The notes: generated by a model not told the origin, from the sequence alone. 64,000 bases of DNA from a virus (IMGVR_UViG_3300037485_000206:1867-65866); one strand, 5' to 3'. Positions 48,956-58,787 are shown, counted from the first letter of the stretch. Program-made: numbers and translations.

Positions 48956-50515
48956 TCAATCTTTTATTGCTTCGTCGAACATCTGCGTGAGCAGTGAGTG
49001 ATCGCTTACCTTTTGAGCAAGCGCCTTGAACATCTTCTTCTCGATGGGCGAGCCTTGGATGTGGATGACCGTGACCTTGTCGGCGGTCTGACCCTTGCGA
49101 TCTGAGCGTGCGATGCACTGGACGTACTGCTCGACGCTCATCAATGGGCCGTAGAAAACAACCGTATCAGCCGCCGTCAACGTGATGCCGTGGGCCGACG
49201 CTTGAGGCTGCATGACTAACACCCGTGGCTCTTTCTCGTGCTGGAACCTGCGGATGATGTCGCTGCGTTTGCTTGGGGACACGCTGCCTTGGATCACCTC
49301 GGCGTGGATCCCTCGCTTGAGTAGGTGGGCGTGGATGGCGGCTATGCTGCTGCTGAACATGGCGAAGATCAGAACCTTGCGGTTCGTCTCGCCGAGGATC
49401 TCCTCCAGCACCGCCAGCCTCGGCGTGGCGTCGAACTCGACCACGCCCTTGTCATCGCTGTAAGCAGACCCGCAACTGATCTGTAAGAGTTTGCTCACCC
49501 CAGCAGCGGCGTTGACCGCGCTGATTACCTCTCCCGCTGCCTGAATCATCATCTGATCCTTGAGCAAGTTGTAGTACTTGGCTTGCTGGGGCGTGAGGGG
49601 AATATCTCGTGAGACTGTAGTAACTGGCGGAAGGTCGAGGCACTGTTCTTTGGTGTACCGGATCGCTGGCTGCAGTGCCTCGAACACTAGGTCAGGTGCG
49701 TTGGCCTTCGGTGCCCACTTGAAGCTGGTGATCTTGTTCATGGTCAGATCACGCCACGCCGACAGGTACTTGGGAATGCCGGAGGGATTCACCAGCTTCG
49801 CCAAGCCAAACGCATCGACAGGTGACTGCGATGCGGGGGTGCCGGTCATCATCCACAGGTGTGTGTCAGGCTTGATGATTCCGGCCAGCGCTTTCCAGCG
49901 GCGCGTAGATGGCGTCTTGTAAGCGTTCGCTTCGTCCACGATGACGAGGTCGAACCGCCCATCCGCATTGATCTCACTTGCGATCAGGTCGAGCCCCTCG
50001 TAGTTGATAACCACGAACTCGAAGTCCTCTTGGATCATCTCGATGCGCCGCGCTGCCTTGGGGTGGTGGGCAATAACAATGCTGCGGTGCAATATGCTGT
50101 TGCTCAAGTCCTGTACCCACGCCGACTGCATGATCGACAGGGGGCAAAGAATCAAGCAGCGCCGAACTTCCTTGCGCTTCATCAGGTAGTCCGCTGCCCA
50201 TAACGCTGAGAGCGTCTTGCCTGTCCCCGGCTCCGAGAATACGAACGCTCTGCGGTTGAGCGTCAAGAAGGCAGCGGTCTCGATCTGGTGTTCCATCGGC
50301 ACGTAGCGTCCGGGCCAGTCGTATTTCTTTGTGATGGGTGAGGGAACATTCTTTACCCCCAGATTCTTTAGGACTCGTACCTCATCCAATCCCCAGAAGA
50401 CAGCAACGTCATACCCTCCGTCATCCCGCTTGACGGCCTTACTCTTAGGAATGATGCTGTACTTGTCTGGGTTTCTGGTTTTGAATATGAGCGCCTTGTT
50501 GTCAAGGATGTGCAT
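48956..50515 (-). CDS. SNF2-family helicase
   Basis: EPGTGKT, VDEA, MTGTP, HGITLTAA, Q..AR..RKGQ. Confidence 0.9.
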   Translation of the reverse strand: MHILDNKALIFKTRNPDKYSIIPKSKAVKRDDGGYDVAVFWGLDEVRVLKNLGVKNVPSPITKKYDWPGRYVPMEHQIETAAFLTLNRRAFVFSEPGTGKTLSALWAADYLMKRKEVRRCLILCPLSIMQSAWVQDLSNSILHRSIVIAHHPKAARRIEMIQEDFEFVVINYEGLDLIASEINADGRFDLVIVDEANAYKTPSTRRWKALAGIIKPDTHLWMMTGTPASQSPVDAFGLAKLVNPSGIPKYLSAWRDLTMNKITSFKWAPKANAPDLVFEALQPAIRYTKEQCLDLPPVTTVSRDIPLTPQQAKYYNLLKDQMMIQAAGEVISAVNAAAGVSKLLQISCGSAYSDDKGVVEFDATPRLAVLEEILGETNRKVLIFAMFSSSIAAIHAHLLKRGIHAEVIQGSVSPSKRSDIIRRFQHEKEPRVLVMQPQASAHGITLTAADTVVFYGPLMSVEQYVQCIARSDRKGQTADKVTVIHIQGSPIEKKMFKALAQKVSDHSLLTQMFDEAIKD

Positions 50516-50527
50516 TGCTTCTCTCGT

Positions 50528-50758
50528 TTATTTGTTGTCGCCTCTGTTGGCGCTCTTGTTTCTCATACGCAGGTTGGACTTGGCAGACGTTCCTCCTGCA
50601 CGCAGGGGAGTGATGTGGTCTACATCCTTGCCGTCTCCTTTTGTCGCTGCTCCGGTTTTCTCCATCATGCGTCGGGCTTTGACGCGCTCACCTCGCTTTT
50701 TTATCTGCTCAGGTTTGCCTTGGTAGTTGGCGTATTCCGCCTTGTAATCTCTTGCCAT
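50528..50758 (-). CDS. small HNH endonuclease
   Basis: DVDHITPLRAGG...NLR...ANR. Confidence 0.75.
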   Translation of the reverse strand: MARDYKAEYANYQGKPEQIKKRGERVKARRMMEKTGAATKGDGKDVDHITPLRAGGTSAKSNLRMRNKSANRGDNK

Positions 50759-50761
50759 GAT

Positions 50762-51427
50762 TTACCTCTTTGTGTTGTAAGCGCAGTCTTTTACAGGGCA
50801 CCATCCGCAAAGAGGCGTCCTTGTTGGGTTCCACACGTCGTTGGCGTAACTTGCTTCGAGCTTGGCGGTGCGTTCGCGGTACTTCAACCACTCAGCATCG
50901 GCCTCTTCCCGCACCATACTGTGGGTGACCATATCATCCTTGAGTAGGAACAACAACGCTGACTTCACTTCCCGTATGTGTGGGAAGTAGGCGAACACCA
51001 TCAACGACATCAAGCGCAACTGATCCCTATCGGGATACTTGTTGTTGCCTGTCTTCCAGTCCACCACGCGGGCAGTCAAGTTGTCGTCGTTGACGATGAC
51101 CAAGTCAGCGATGCCTCTCACCCAGCGATCACGGGAGTCGAAATTACATGGCCGCAAGTCCGGGGTCAGCGCCATCTCATACTCGGCGTACTTCCTCCCG
51201 GGCTTGGAGATACATGCATCGATCACCGGCTGGATGAAAGAGAACTGAGGCAAGAGCGGCGTGCCGTCCTTGATGAAATCCTCAATCGACTTGTGCATCT
51301 CCTTGCCGTAGATCGTCGCGGTGGTATCAGTGAACGGAAACTTCTTCAGCACCTTCACCTCGTGATACCGCCTAGCGCACCCCTCGTAGTCTTTGAGGGC
51401 TGAATGCGACCACGTAACATTCTTCAT
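50762..51427 (-). CDS. PD-(D/E)XK exonuclease (RecB/Cas4-like, Cys cluster)
   Basis: WSHS...C; GIAD; VDWKTG; QL..M; CGWCPVKDC. Confidence 0.85.
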   Translation of the reverse strand: MKNVTWSHSALKDYEGCARRYHEVKVLKKFPFTDTTATIYGKEMHKSIEDFIKDGTPLLPQFSFIQPVIDACISKPGRKYAEYEMALTPDLRPCNFDSRDRWVRGIADLVIVNDDNLTARVVDWKTGNNKYPDRDQLRLMSLMVFAYFPHIREVKSALLFLLKDDMVTHSMVREEADAEWLKYRERTAKLEASYANDVWNPTRTPLCGWCPVKDCAYNTKR

Positions 51428-51723
51428 AGTTTGGCGGTACTCACGGCTTGGGCAAGGCGGCTGGAGAATGCAGTCACGAACTCTTCGTCACGTTCGAGTT
51501 TGCTACCCATGTCGTTGAGAATGGCGTGGGTCAACTCGTGCCAGAAGGTCTCATTGATCTCCTCTCGCCTGTACGCAGCGCCAGTGATCTTGCTCTTCTT
51601 GCCGATCTCGATGCGTGCCGCCTTGAAGTACGTAGCACCCATGACGCCACGCTTGCCCATAGTGGGCAGTACCAGCACGGTGTACGTGCGGTCACCTAGA
51701 TTAAAGCTCTTGGGTATCAGCAT
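51424..51723 (-). CDS. HExxH metallopeptidase-like protein
   Basis: TFWHELTHAIL...EEFV. Confidence 0.7.
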   Translation of the reverse strand: MLIPKSFNLGDRTYTVLVLPTMGKRGVMGATYFKAARIEIGKKSKITGAAYRREEINETFWHELTHAILNDMGSKLERDEEFVTAFSSRLAQAVSTAKL

Positions 51724-51901
51724 TTGGCTTTCCTTTCATCTCTTTGATTGAGTTCAACATGATCTTGGCTTCCACCAAAACCTTCATGGATTCCTCGATA
51801 GCCGCATCGAAGTTTCCGTGCAGCATATGGTCATGCACTTTTCTGAGCGCGTTCTCGGCCATCATGCATGGGTATGCGTAGTCGATAATCACTTCTACCA
51901 T
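51701..51901 (-). CDS. hypothetical protein
   Basis: IDYAYPCMMAE; AGGAG RBS. Confidence 0.65.
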   Translation of the reverse strand: MVEVIIDYAYPCMMAENALRKVHDHMLHGNFDAAIEESMKVLVEAKIMLNSIKEMKGKPNADTQEL

Positions 51902-51909
51902 CTCATCTC

Positions 51910-53877
51910 CTAGTTTTTAGCTAGTCCATACCTACGGTGAGCGCCACCGTCAGCGGCCAGAGGGATCCCCGGCATATATTTCGGCTCGACAGTCATCTGC
52001 TCCAAGACCCATGTCTTGGCGAAGTCAACGTCCGCATCTGGCACACAGACGATCTGTTCGTCATGCACAGTCCCAACAACTGGATATCGTCTGGCTACGC
52101 GCAGCATCCCATCCGTCATCACGCATCTTGCTACGCCCTGCGTGACGTTGTTCGTTATCTTTCCAGCGTACAGCTTAACACGGTCAGGGCCATACGTCCA
52201 CTGCAACCGCCCCTTCTCGTCCTTGCTGGGCTGCAGGTCAGGGTAGAGCAGGCTCATGCCAGAAGGCAGCACGATCTCTCCCTTGCGGAAGGTCACACAC
52301 TTGTGGGTGTACTCCTTGCCACCGTGCAGGCTGTACTCGATCAGGCTCCCGCACAGATCCCAGAACGCTACGACAGGCGCTGCTGTAGCGCGGTACTTGT
52401 CGATGATGGCCTTGGCTGCGAGGCAGTGGATGAGCAGGTCGTCGTCCGAACAGGTGTGGGGGATCTCTTCCAGCTTCTTGAGGTTCTCGTCCCACTCGAC
52501 GAACTTGCGAACGCTCTCACCGTTCACCCCCAACTGCTTGGCGAACGCCTTGTCGTACATCACGGGCTTGGCACCGAGGAAGCCAGTCAGCAACTGAGCA
52601 GCGAACGATGCCCACCCCATGCCGTATCCGCAGCCGAGCAGCGCGGACTTGGCCGACTGTCGCAGGTCTGGGTGAGAGTCCTTGGTCAGGCCCGGGATGT
52701 TGAACATCTGTGCGCCGAACTGGGCGTATGGGTCGCCGCCTGAACGGAAGATACCCATCAGATCGTCGTAGTCCGCCAGCCACGCCAGCACACGCGGCTC
52801 GATCTGCCCCAAGTCACCGACCACCAACTGATGCTCCTCTGGAGCCATGATGGCCTTGCGCAGGAATGACCCACGCTTGAGGTTCTGCATATTGATGGCG
52901 CTGCCCTTGCTGGCAGTCCACCGTCCGGTCACCGCACCGTAGTAGTTCAGCGGAACAGGAAGCGTGCCACGCGATGCAATGTCCAGAAACCTTTGCGCAC
53001 GTGTTCTTTCAGTAGTGGATTTAACTTTAAGGCGAGTCTCGCACAGTAGGGCGACATCCTCGTTGTCGGAGTTGAGTAGCGCTTGAAATAGCGCATCATT
53101 CTTAGCGAGCGCGAGTGTCTGTTTGCCCGTTGTCTTGCTAATCTTTGTTGGCGCAGGTACACCAAGTTGATTGAGGAGCGCCGCGAATTGTGGGTTTGAA
53201 GCAAGCGCAGCCTCGTCCACGCCACACCTCTGTAGTAGTTCTTCACGCTTTTGTTTCTCCTCTATCAGTGCATCCATCAGCATCTCCTCATCCAGTACCA
53301 GCATGGGGCGCGTGTACATCTTCAGCGTCATGTCGATCAGTCGAAGTTCCTTCGAGGGGTACCCCTTGATCAGTCTCAGGAATATCTGCTCGCAAAGGAA
53401 TACGTCATGCTTGCAATATTCTGCGAGTTCTCGTTCGGTGTCTGCTCCAAGAACGGATAGACCATCCGTCGAATGTACGGCTCGCCCTTTTTCGGGAAGA
53501 CCAAAATGAATTGCGAGTCTCGCGAGGGAATTGCCAACTTCCACGCCGCGTAAAGCCCGCGCCATCGACAGTGTGTCAAAGATGAAGGCTGGGGTGGCGC
53601 CGTATACCCATGAAAGTATTGATACGTCAAACTGGGCGTTGTGTGCAAGGACGGCAGTTCTGTCCCAAGGGATTGTTCGTAGGTGTGCAGATAGCTCGTC
53701 CCCCCGGTACCATTCAATAGGTCCGTCAGATCCAAGCTCATGGATGCACACTCCGAACGCAGTAAATTTTGAGTCACGTATGTACTCCTCAGTAGTCATC
53801 TTCGAGAGCGTGTAGTCCTTGCTGTCCCACCGAGTCTCGAAGTCGATGGCAAGTATGCGGTCGTATGGCTTGCTCAA
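51910..53877 (-). CDS. polA: family A DNA polymerase with 3'-5' exonuclease
   Basis: DFET, AHNAQFD, TGRW, DLGQIEPR, KSALLGCGYG, VHDE. Confidence 0.95.
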   Translation of the reverse strand: MSKPYDRILAIDFETRWDSKDYTLSKMTTEEYIRDSKFTAFGVCIHELGSDGPIEWYRGDELSAHLRTIPWDRTAVLAHNAQFDVSILSWVYGATPAFIFDTLSMARALRGVEVGNSLARLAIHFGLPEKGRAVHSTDGLSVLGADTERELAEYCKHDVFLCEQIFLRLIKGYPSKELRLIDMTLKMYTRPMLVLDEEMLMDALIEEKQKREELLQRCGVDEAALASNPQFAALLNQLGVPAPTKISKTTGKQTLALAKNDALFQALLNSDNEDVALLCETRLKVKSTTERTRAQRFLDIASRGTLPVPLNYYGAVTGRWTASKGSAINMQNLKRGSFLRKAIMAPEEHQLVVGDLGQIEPRVLAWLADYDDLMGIFRSGGDPYAQFGAQMFNIPGLTKDSHPDLRQSAKSALLGCGYGMGWASFAAQLLTGFLGAKPVMYDKAFAKQLGVNGESVRKFVEWDENLKKLEEIPHTCSDDDLLIHCLAAKAIIDKYRATAAPVVAFWDLCGSLIEYSLHGGKEYTHKCVTFRKGEIVLPSGMSLLYPDLQPSKDEKGRLQWTYGPDRVKLYAGKITNNVTQGVARCVMTDGMLRVARRYPVVGTVHDEQIVCVPDADVDFAKTWVLEQMTVEPKYMPGIPLAADGGAHRRYGLAKN

Positions 53878-54164
53878 TGGGTGTCTCCTTTACCGTGGTG
53901 CGCTTCCATGTCAGCGAACGCATTGGCTGCGGAGAAGATCAACTCCTCTGCCTCAAGCTCTGCCACATTCAGCCCCGCCACGGTGAGCGTGTCCTTCACG
54001 CGCAGCAGCAGCACCCCCGTCGTATCCTTATCCTCCATGAAACACATGGTGATCATGGTGAACAGCTTCAGGCATTTAAGTTGATAGTCGTCGTCGAAGC
54101 TTTCCAAGTTCTTTGCCAACTGCAAACTCAACTCAGCCCTATCTAGTAGCTCTTGTTTATTCAT
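53874..54164 (-). CDS. hypothetical protein
   Basis: ATGA-coupled; GAGGAG RBS. Confidence 0.65.
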   Translation of the reverse strand: MNKQELLDRAELSLQLAKNLESFDDDYQLKCLKLFTMITMCFMEDKDTTGVLLLRVKDTLTVAGLNVAELEAEELIFSAANAFADMEAHHGKGDTH

Positions 54165-54454
54165 CTCTTCTCCTCGAACCATTGGTCTAACAAATCAATG
54201 GTGTCCTCACGAACAACCATTGCGGAACCGCCTGCGCGGTGGATGTGAGCGATCTCTCGCTCTTGCAAAGCAGTGGTCTTGTTTGCCCCTGCCTTGCACT
54301 CGATGCCAAGGAAGTATCCCTTGAAGCAAACGATGATGTCCGGTATCCCGGCCCTGCCGTAGCCGTTGGCTGCAGCGAAGAAATGGTATGCGCCGTGCTT
54401 GGTGATGACTGCAATGCAGGCATCCTTAACGCGACGTTCAGGCGTCTTTGCCAT
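54161..54454 (-). CDS. VRR-NUC / Holliday-junction resolvase-like nuclease
   Basis: TPE..VK, GIPDII, GIECKAG, TALQ. Confidence 0.85.
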   Translation of the reverse strand: MAKTPERRVKDACIAVITKHGAYHFFAAANGYGRAGIPDIIVCFKGYFLGIECKAGANKTTALQEREIAHIHRAGGSAMVVREDTIDLLDQWFEEKR

Positions 54455-54471
54455 GCGAGTCCTTATTGAAT

Positions 54472-54620
54472 TGGGGGTGGCGGGAGAAGTAGATTACTTG
54501 CCCGCCTCAAGTTGTTGAGAGCGGCGGTACCCGGAAACTGCAAGGGCTGAGGTAACCGCCATCAAGATATGCCTACATCTACTAGGCAGTGGCATACATT
54601 GACGAAATGAGCCAGCCCCT
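54472..54620 (-). ncRNA. candidate structured RNA (three hairpins plus loop-loop pairing)
   Basis: Intergenic; stems TGCCTA/TAGGCA, GGCGGT..ACC/GGT..ACCGCC, GGCGGG/CCCGCC; AGTAGAT/ATCTACT complementarity. Confidence 0.55.
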
Positions 54621-54874
54621 TACTTATTTGTTTCTGTTTCGATGAGCTTACTCAGGTAGTGCTGCGCCTTGCGCAAATCGTCCAGTCCACCTTTATCGCG
54701 CCAACGAGAAATATATTTAATAATGTTTCCTTCCAGATAAGGGATCTCGTTTTGCACGATGTAATCCCACGGCTGGATATTTTTATTTTTATAATGCGAG
54801 CCACCAATTTGGATGGCGTTGGGCTCCGATCCTACCGCACCAGTGGTGTTGTCGTAACAATATTTTTGTTCCAT
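54620..54874 (-). CDS. DUF3310 family protein
   Basis: QIGGSHY...QPWDYI...GNIIKYISRW..KGG..DLRKAQHYL. Confidence 0.85.
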   Translation of the reverse strand: MEQKYCYDNTTGAVGSEPNAIQIGGSHYKNKNIQPWDYIVQNEIPYLEGNIIKYISRWRDKGGLDDLRKAQHYLSKLIETETNK

Positions 54875-54888
54875 CTTGTGTCTCCTGA

Positions 54889-55110
54889 TCACTTGCTTTT
54901 TTCCAGTTCCCTGATCCTGCGCAGAGCGCACTCGTAGTGTCTTGGCCCGAAGGTGAAGCAACTGTCCGAGTGGGTGCCGATCCTACCATCCCTGTCGTCT
55001 TGCCAACGTAGGGCTTGCCTTAGTCTGACGATCTCTTCTGCTGCGGCGAACGACAAGTCGTCCTTCTGTGAGTACAGACGCAGAACAACATCACAAGATA
55101 CTTCGTTCAT
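54889..55110 (-). CDS. hypothetical protein
   Basis: AAEEIVRLR; ATGA coupling. Confidence 0.6.
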   Translation of the reverse strand: MNEVSCDVVLRLYSQKDDLSFAAAEEIVRLRQALRWQDDRDGRIGTHSDSCFTFGPRHYECALRRIRELEKSK

Positions 55111-55430
55111 TTGTTTTCTCCAATCCACAGGTTACGCACCTTGTCCACAGGGAATGGGCGCCAGCCATCCTCACGGCTGTTCGACATGCGCTCACTCAAC
55201 TCGGTCTCATCAATCTTGTAGCAGTAGACATCCGGCCCTTCGTCGCCTTCCCATCTCTCATGCCAGCATACGCCACTTCCCATTGAAAGCGTCTTGTAGT
55301 CGCAGGAGTAGGGGTCACCGAACTCGTCAATGGCGCAAAACAACTCTTTCCAATCACGGCCAGCAACCATCCCCACCCAGCCGGTCGGTTGATTCTCCTC
55401 GCCGAGGAATCTGAAAGTGATGACCTTCAT
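55107..55430 (-). CDS. hypothetical protein
   Basis: Coupled ORF; GAGG RBS. Confidence 0.6.
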   Translation of the reverse strand: MKVITFRFLGEENQPTGWVGMVAGRDWKELFCAIDEFGDPYSCDYKTLSMGSGVCWHERWEGDEGPDVYCYKIDETELSERMSNSREDGWRPFPVDKVRNLWIGENK

Positions 55431-55855
55431 ACCTCACCCCCAATCCCATGCGCCTTCTCGATGGCACGGGCAAACTCGCATCTACCATCCTCAATGGTCG
55501 CGTCCACCAGCGCATACACCTCATCATCCGTCAGCGGCTTTGGTTGTTTTATAAAGCCCGCTCGCGCAAGCGTATCCCCTACCGTCATTAGCACGGGCCC
55601 GCGTGTCGTATCAGTGTCGATAGGGTGTTCGTTCCAAGTCTCCTGCAACAGCCCCTTCTCGCGCATATATTCCCACCCCTGCCTTACCTCTAATGGATCA
55701 GGCTGCGCGAGGGCAGCTTCCAAAGCGTCCATCGCCTCGTCAGTAACTTTGCACATACCTTGAGCATCAAGTCTGGGGTAGAAACTTTGAAACTCTACTT
55801 GGCATTTCTCAAGCGCCTCCAGCGCCTGTTCCGCTGCTTTTCTCAAGTCGTTCAT
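55427..55855 (-). CDS. hypothetical protein (MNDLRKAAEQALEAL...FARAIEKAHGIG)
   Basis: Typical modular phage termini. Confidence 0.65.
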   Translation of the reverse strand: MNDLRKAAEQALEALEKCQVEFQSFYPRLDAQGMCKVTDEAMDALEAALAQPDPLEVRQGWEYMREKGLLQETWNEHPIDTDTTRGPVLMTVGDTLARAGFIKQPKPLTDDEVYALVDATIEDGRCEFARAIEKAHGIGGEV

Positions 55856-56367
55856 GCTGCCAACCTCCAGAACGGATTGTTGTAGTCCTGCCATGTCACG
55901 CCGCGCTTGATCTGACTGACGGTGGACTGCACGATGCCGTACTTCGCGGCTATCACACGCTGCGACTCATTCGATGCCTTGATCTCTTGCACGATCTCCG
56001 GCGTTAACTTAGCGCGTGCCCTCGCCTTGATGCTGACCCGCGTGGCCTTGAGTAGGCGCTGCATGGCGTTGAACTGCGCATAGTTGCGCTCTTGCAGGGT
56101 CTTGCGTGTGATCTCCCCGATGTGCTCAAGCCTGACGCACTTAGAGTTCCCGCAGTTGTACGAGACAACGCGGTTGCCGTAGGGCTTCTTGCCCTGCGCT
56201 ATCTCCACCATGTATCTCCGCAAAGATACGCAGTGGCCTCCCTCTGCTCGGCGTATCGATGGGCTCATGCACTTGGATTGCACTGCGCCCGTCCAGTCCA
56301 TGCACTCCCCGTTTGGGATGCACTTCTCATAGACCCTATCCAGTAGTTCCTGTAGTTGTGTTTTCAT
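55852..56367 (-). CDS. degenerate His-Me finger (HNH-like) plus HTH protein
   Basis: CMDWTGA, CGNSKCVRLEH, QRVIAAKYGIVQSTVSQIK. Confidence 0.7.
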   Translation of the reverse strand: MKTQLQELLDRVYEKCIPNGECMDWTGAVQSKCMSPSIRRAEGGHCVSLRRYMVEIAQGKKPYGNRVVSYNCGNSKCVRLEHIGEITRKTLQERNYAQFNAMQRLLKATRVSIKARARAKLTPEIVQEIKASNESQRVIAAKYGIVQSTVSQIKRGVTWQDYNNPFWRLAA

Positions 56368-56539
56368 TTCGCTTCTCTTGTTTGGTTAGTACACACGCCT
56401 CGCATGACCACATGCGAGTGCGCTTATCCATGCGCCCCCCTCTATCGTTCTTGTGCTTGTTGCAAGTGAAACAGTTTCGCGTGTAGTTGACGCCTGAACT
56501 GGCGAGGTAGTGTTTAAGGGTCACGTCCTCGGGTATCAC
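56336..56539 (-). CDS. small Zn-finger protein
   Basis: CFTC...CEAC; GTGA overlap. Confidence 0.55.
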   Translation of the reverse strand: MIPEDVTLKHYLASSGVNYTRNCFTCNKHKNDRGGRMDKRTRMWSCEACVLTKQEKRNENTTTGTTG

Positions 56540-56757
56540 GGCATCTCGCTCCACATCATCTGGTTGGAAACATAGTTCGTCTCCTTCTTCGCCGCCCACC
56601 GGCCAGCACGCTCCGCGCTCTCATGCGGGAACGCTGCCCATGACCACATCTTTCCGTCCCACCAACGGTAGGCGTTATTCCAGTTGCCATAGGGAGGGAC
56701 TTTCGTTGGGTACCAACCCGCCTCGGGGGGCTTACCTTTGTTCCATTTCATATACAT
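56536..56757 (-). CDS. Trp-rich hypothetical protein
   Basis: PPEAGWYP...RWWDGKMWS. Confidence 0.65.
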   Translation of the reverse strand: MYMKWNKGKPPEAGWYPTKVPPYGNWNNAYRWWDGKMWSWAAFPHESAERAGRWAAKKETNYVSNQMMWSEMP

Positions 56758-56941
56758 CCTTCTTCTGTATTGCGCTGCGTTGTACCCAGATCGTCAGTTC
56801 TCTGGCCGTCATGTCTTCGTCGGGCTTATCTGCTCGCACATCTATTTCCCATCCTATCTCAGCCAACACGTCCTCGATGCGCCGCCTACCTATCATTGAT
56901 TCCTTAGCCGCCTTCGCTGCGCAGCGCCAGATTAAAGACAT
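56732..56941 (-). CDS. hypothetical protein
   Basis: GGAGG RBS before ATG 56941. Confidence 0.5.
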   Translation of the reverse strand: MSLIWRCAAKAAKESMIGRRRIEDVLAEIGWEIDVRADKPDEDMTARELTIWVQRSAIQKKDVYEMEQR

Positions 56942-57126
56942 AGCGCCTCCCAAACAAAATATGAGCAGCAGGCAATCAAGAAAACAAGAATCGTCATAAC
57001 AAGATGCTCGACTGCCTTCTCGTGAGCGTTGCGCTCTACCGACTCCTCTAACTCACACGCAAAGGGCGTGACGCACTCTTTACGTCCTTGGTCACACGCC
57101 CCACTACATCCTTTTATCTTCATCAC
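56932..57126 (-). CDS. small membrane protein with Cys motif
   Basis: CSGACDQGRKEC plus C-terminal TM. Confidence 0.6.
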   Translation of the reverse strand: MMKIKGCSGACDQGRKECVTPFACELEESVERNAHEKAVEHLVMTILVFLIACCSYFVWEALCL

Positions 57127-57433
57127 GTTTCTCCTTTAGTTTGCAAACCCATCCTCTGAACGTCGACTCCGGTACTCCCATCTCTTCAGCGGCGCTGCTT
57201 TTATTGCCGCCGTTCTTCTCTAGTACCCGCCAGATACGCGCCTCATCCAATATTCTTTTGGGCTTGGGTTTCTTTGGCGGCAATAGAGTATTTGAAAGGC
57301 CAAGGTACGTCTCCTGTGTAAAGAAACGGTGCAAGTTCGCACACTCCCTCTTGCGCACGAGCCCCCTTGTTTCGAGAACCGTCGTCCATGCCCCGCACTG
57401 GGGGCATGAAAAACCTTGAGTAGTCCCCGCCAT
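57104..57433 (-). CDS. Zn-ribbon (NrdR-N-like) plus Fis-type HTH regulator
   Basis: CPQCG..T.VLETR...RKRECANLHRFFT.E; GGNKSSAAEEMGV..STF. Confidence 0.7.
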   Translation of the reverse strand: MAGTTQGFSCPQCGAWTTVLETRGLVRKRECANLHRFFTQETYLGLSNTLLPPKKPKPKRILDEARIWRVLEKNGGNKSSAAEEMGVPESTFRGWVCKLKEKRDEDKRM

Positions 57434-57888
57434 CAGGGACGGAAGTACGAACTGATGCGCTGTCCGAGTTCACGGAGGAAATCTTTCTTGGCTGGTTGTT
57501 CGATCACCGGACGCTTTACAAATGCACCGGCCATCGTCGCTGCGTTAAGCGCGGCTTCCCTGAACTTAACTGCTTGGTCTTGCTTGATCTTCGCTGCCGC
57601 AGCCAGCCCCGACTCGACCTTCACCGCCTTCTTCTTTTTCTTCACGAACGGGGGCATCGCCTTGTACTCATCGATGTGCGCGTGGAGGATGCCGTTCTTA
57701 TCCTTGCGGATGTACTTGCAGCGAATCATTCGGTAGAGCAGTGACTTGCCCGATCCGGTCTTGTACTTCATGTCCTTCGACATGAACTCGTGAACCTGTT
57801 CTTCGTTCAGGCCCGGGACATCGCGGATTAGCGTGAACATACGCTTGCTGATCGATGGTTTCTTTTCGGTGTTGATTTCGATGTTCAT
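57433..57888 (-). CDS. winged-helix-like hypothetical protein
   Basis: AAGGA RBS; FTLIRDVPGL. Confidence 0.6.
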   Translation of the reverse strand: MNIEINTEKKPSISKRMFTLIRDVPGLNEEQVHEFMSKDMKYKTGSGKSLLYRMIRCKYIRKDKNGILHAHIDEYKAMPPFVKKKKKAVKVESGLAAAAKIKQDQAVKFREAALNAATMAGAFVKRPVIEQPAKKDFLRELGQRISSYFRP

Positions 57889-58049
57889 TTCGGATTCCTT
57901 TGGATTTGTTGGTACTGGGTCAAGACCCACTTGTCGCCGAGTATTCTTATGGACGCAACCCACTTGCGTTGGTTGGCGCGGTTCTGTTCCCGCGAGATGT
58001 AGTCCACATTGAAAAGGCGTCGGACACGTTTGAGTTGGTCGATGTTCAT
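57885..58049 (-). CDS. small hypothetical protein
   Basis: RRLF...NQRKWVASIRILGDKW; AAGGAG RBS. Confidence 0.7.
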   Translation of the reverse strand: MNIDQLKRVRRLFNVDYISREQNRANQRKWVASIRILGDKWVLTQYQQIQRNPK

Positions 58050-58079
58050 TGTTTCTCCTTGGGTGACGATTGTCAATCG

Positions 58080-58787
58080 TTAGACGTTCAATCCGTGCCA
58101 TGTTTTTGGTACGGCGGCTTTGTCGGGCAACTCTCTGATTGCCTTCATTGCCTTACGCATCTTCGTAATACGCTCGGCTCTTTTATCTGTGGGAAGAATG
58201 TTCTGTTCTCTTACTTCACGGGCTAACTCCTTCTCGGTTCTGGCGAGCAGCCTCGCACGGTTCTTGTCTGTGTCTGCCACGGGATCGAGGCGCTCGAACA
58301 CGGACTTTGCACGAGCCTTCTCCTCCTTGGGTACGGCAGCGAACATGGCCCTGATGCGCGTCTTGATGTGCTCGGGAACCCAGTCCACCCAGTGGACTGC
58401 GCGGTTGGGCAACTTGAGTTCCTCAGCGAAGTTGCTGGGCATCCGTCCTACACCCGTCGTCTTGCGCTCGACCATGCGCTCGATCACCTTGTCGAGCACG
58501 AGCAGGTACGCCTGCAACGCCTCGACCTTCTCGGGCAGTCCCCCGTTGGGTTTGCCTTGTTGATAGTCGATCATGCCCTGCACGGTCTTGCGCTCGTACT
58601 TGGCTGGATTGATCAACTCCCGCCACAGGGTGGTGTGGTAGTGGTTGTGCAGTTTCTGCTGCTTGAGCACCTTCTTCTGCTCCAGCACCTTGGCCCTGAT
58701 GTGGTTCTCTAGTGGCTTGAGCAGTTTGCGTTTGGCGAGCCTGTTGTTGATCTCGTTGGGTGATAGGTCAACATAGTGCGTCTTCAT
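58080..58787 (-). CDS. basic hypothetical protein
   Basis: Long ORF; HWVDWVP; P.TWHGL end. Confidence 0.7.
   Translation of the reverse strand: MKTHYVDLSPNEINNRLAKRKLLKPLENHIRAKVLEQKKVLKQQKLHNHYHTTLWRELINPAKYERKTVQGMIDYQQGKPNGGLPEKVEALQAYLLVLDKVIERMVERKTTGVGRMPSNFAEELKLPNRAVHWVDWVPEHIKTRIRAMFAAVPKEEKARAKSVFERLDPVADTDKNRARLLARTEKELAREVREQNILPTDKRAERITKMRKAMKAIRELPDKAAVPKTWHGLNV

Noticed and set aside
50762-51427. Cas4 as part of a CRISPR system
   Set aside because: Stand-alone PD-(D/E)XK exonuclease in a replication module, which is common in phages.
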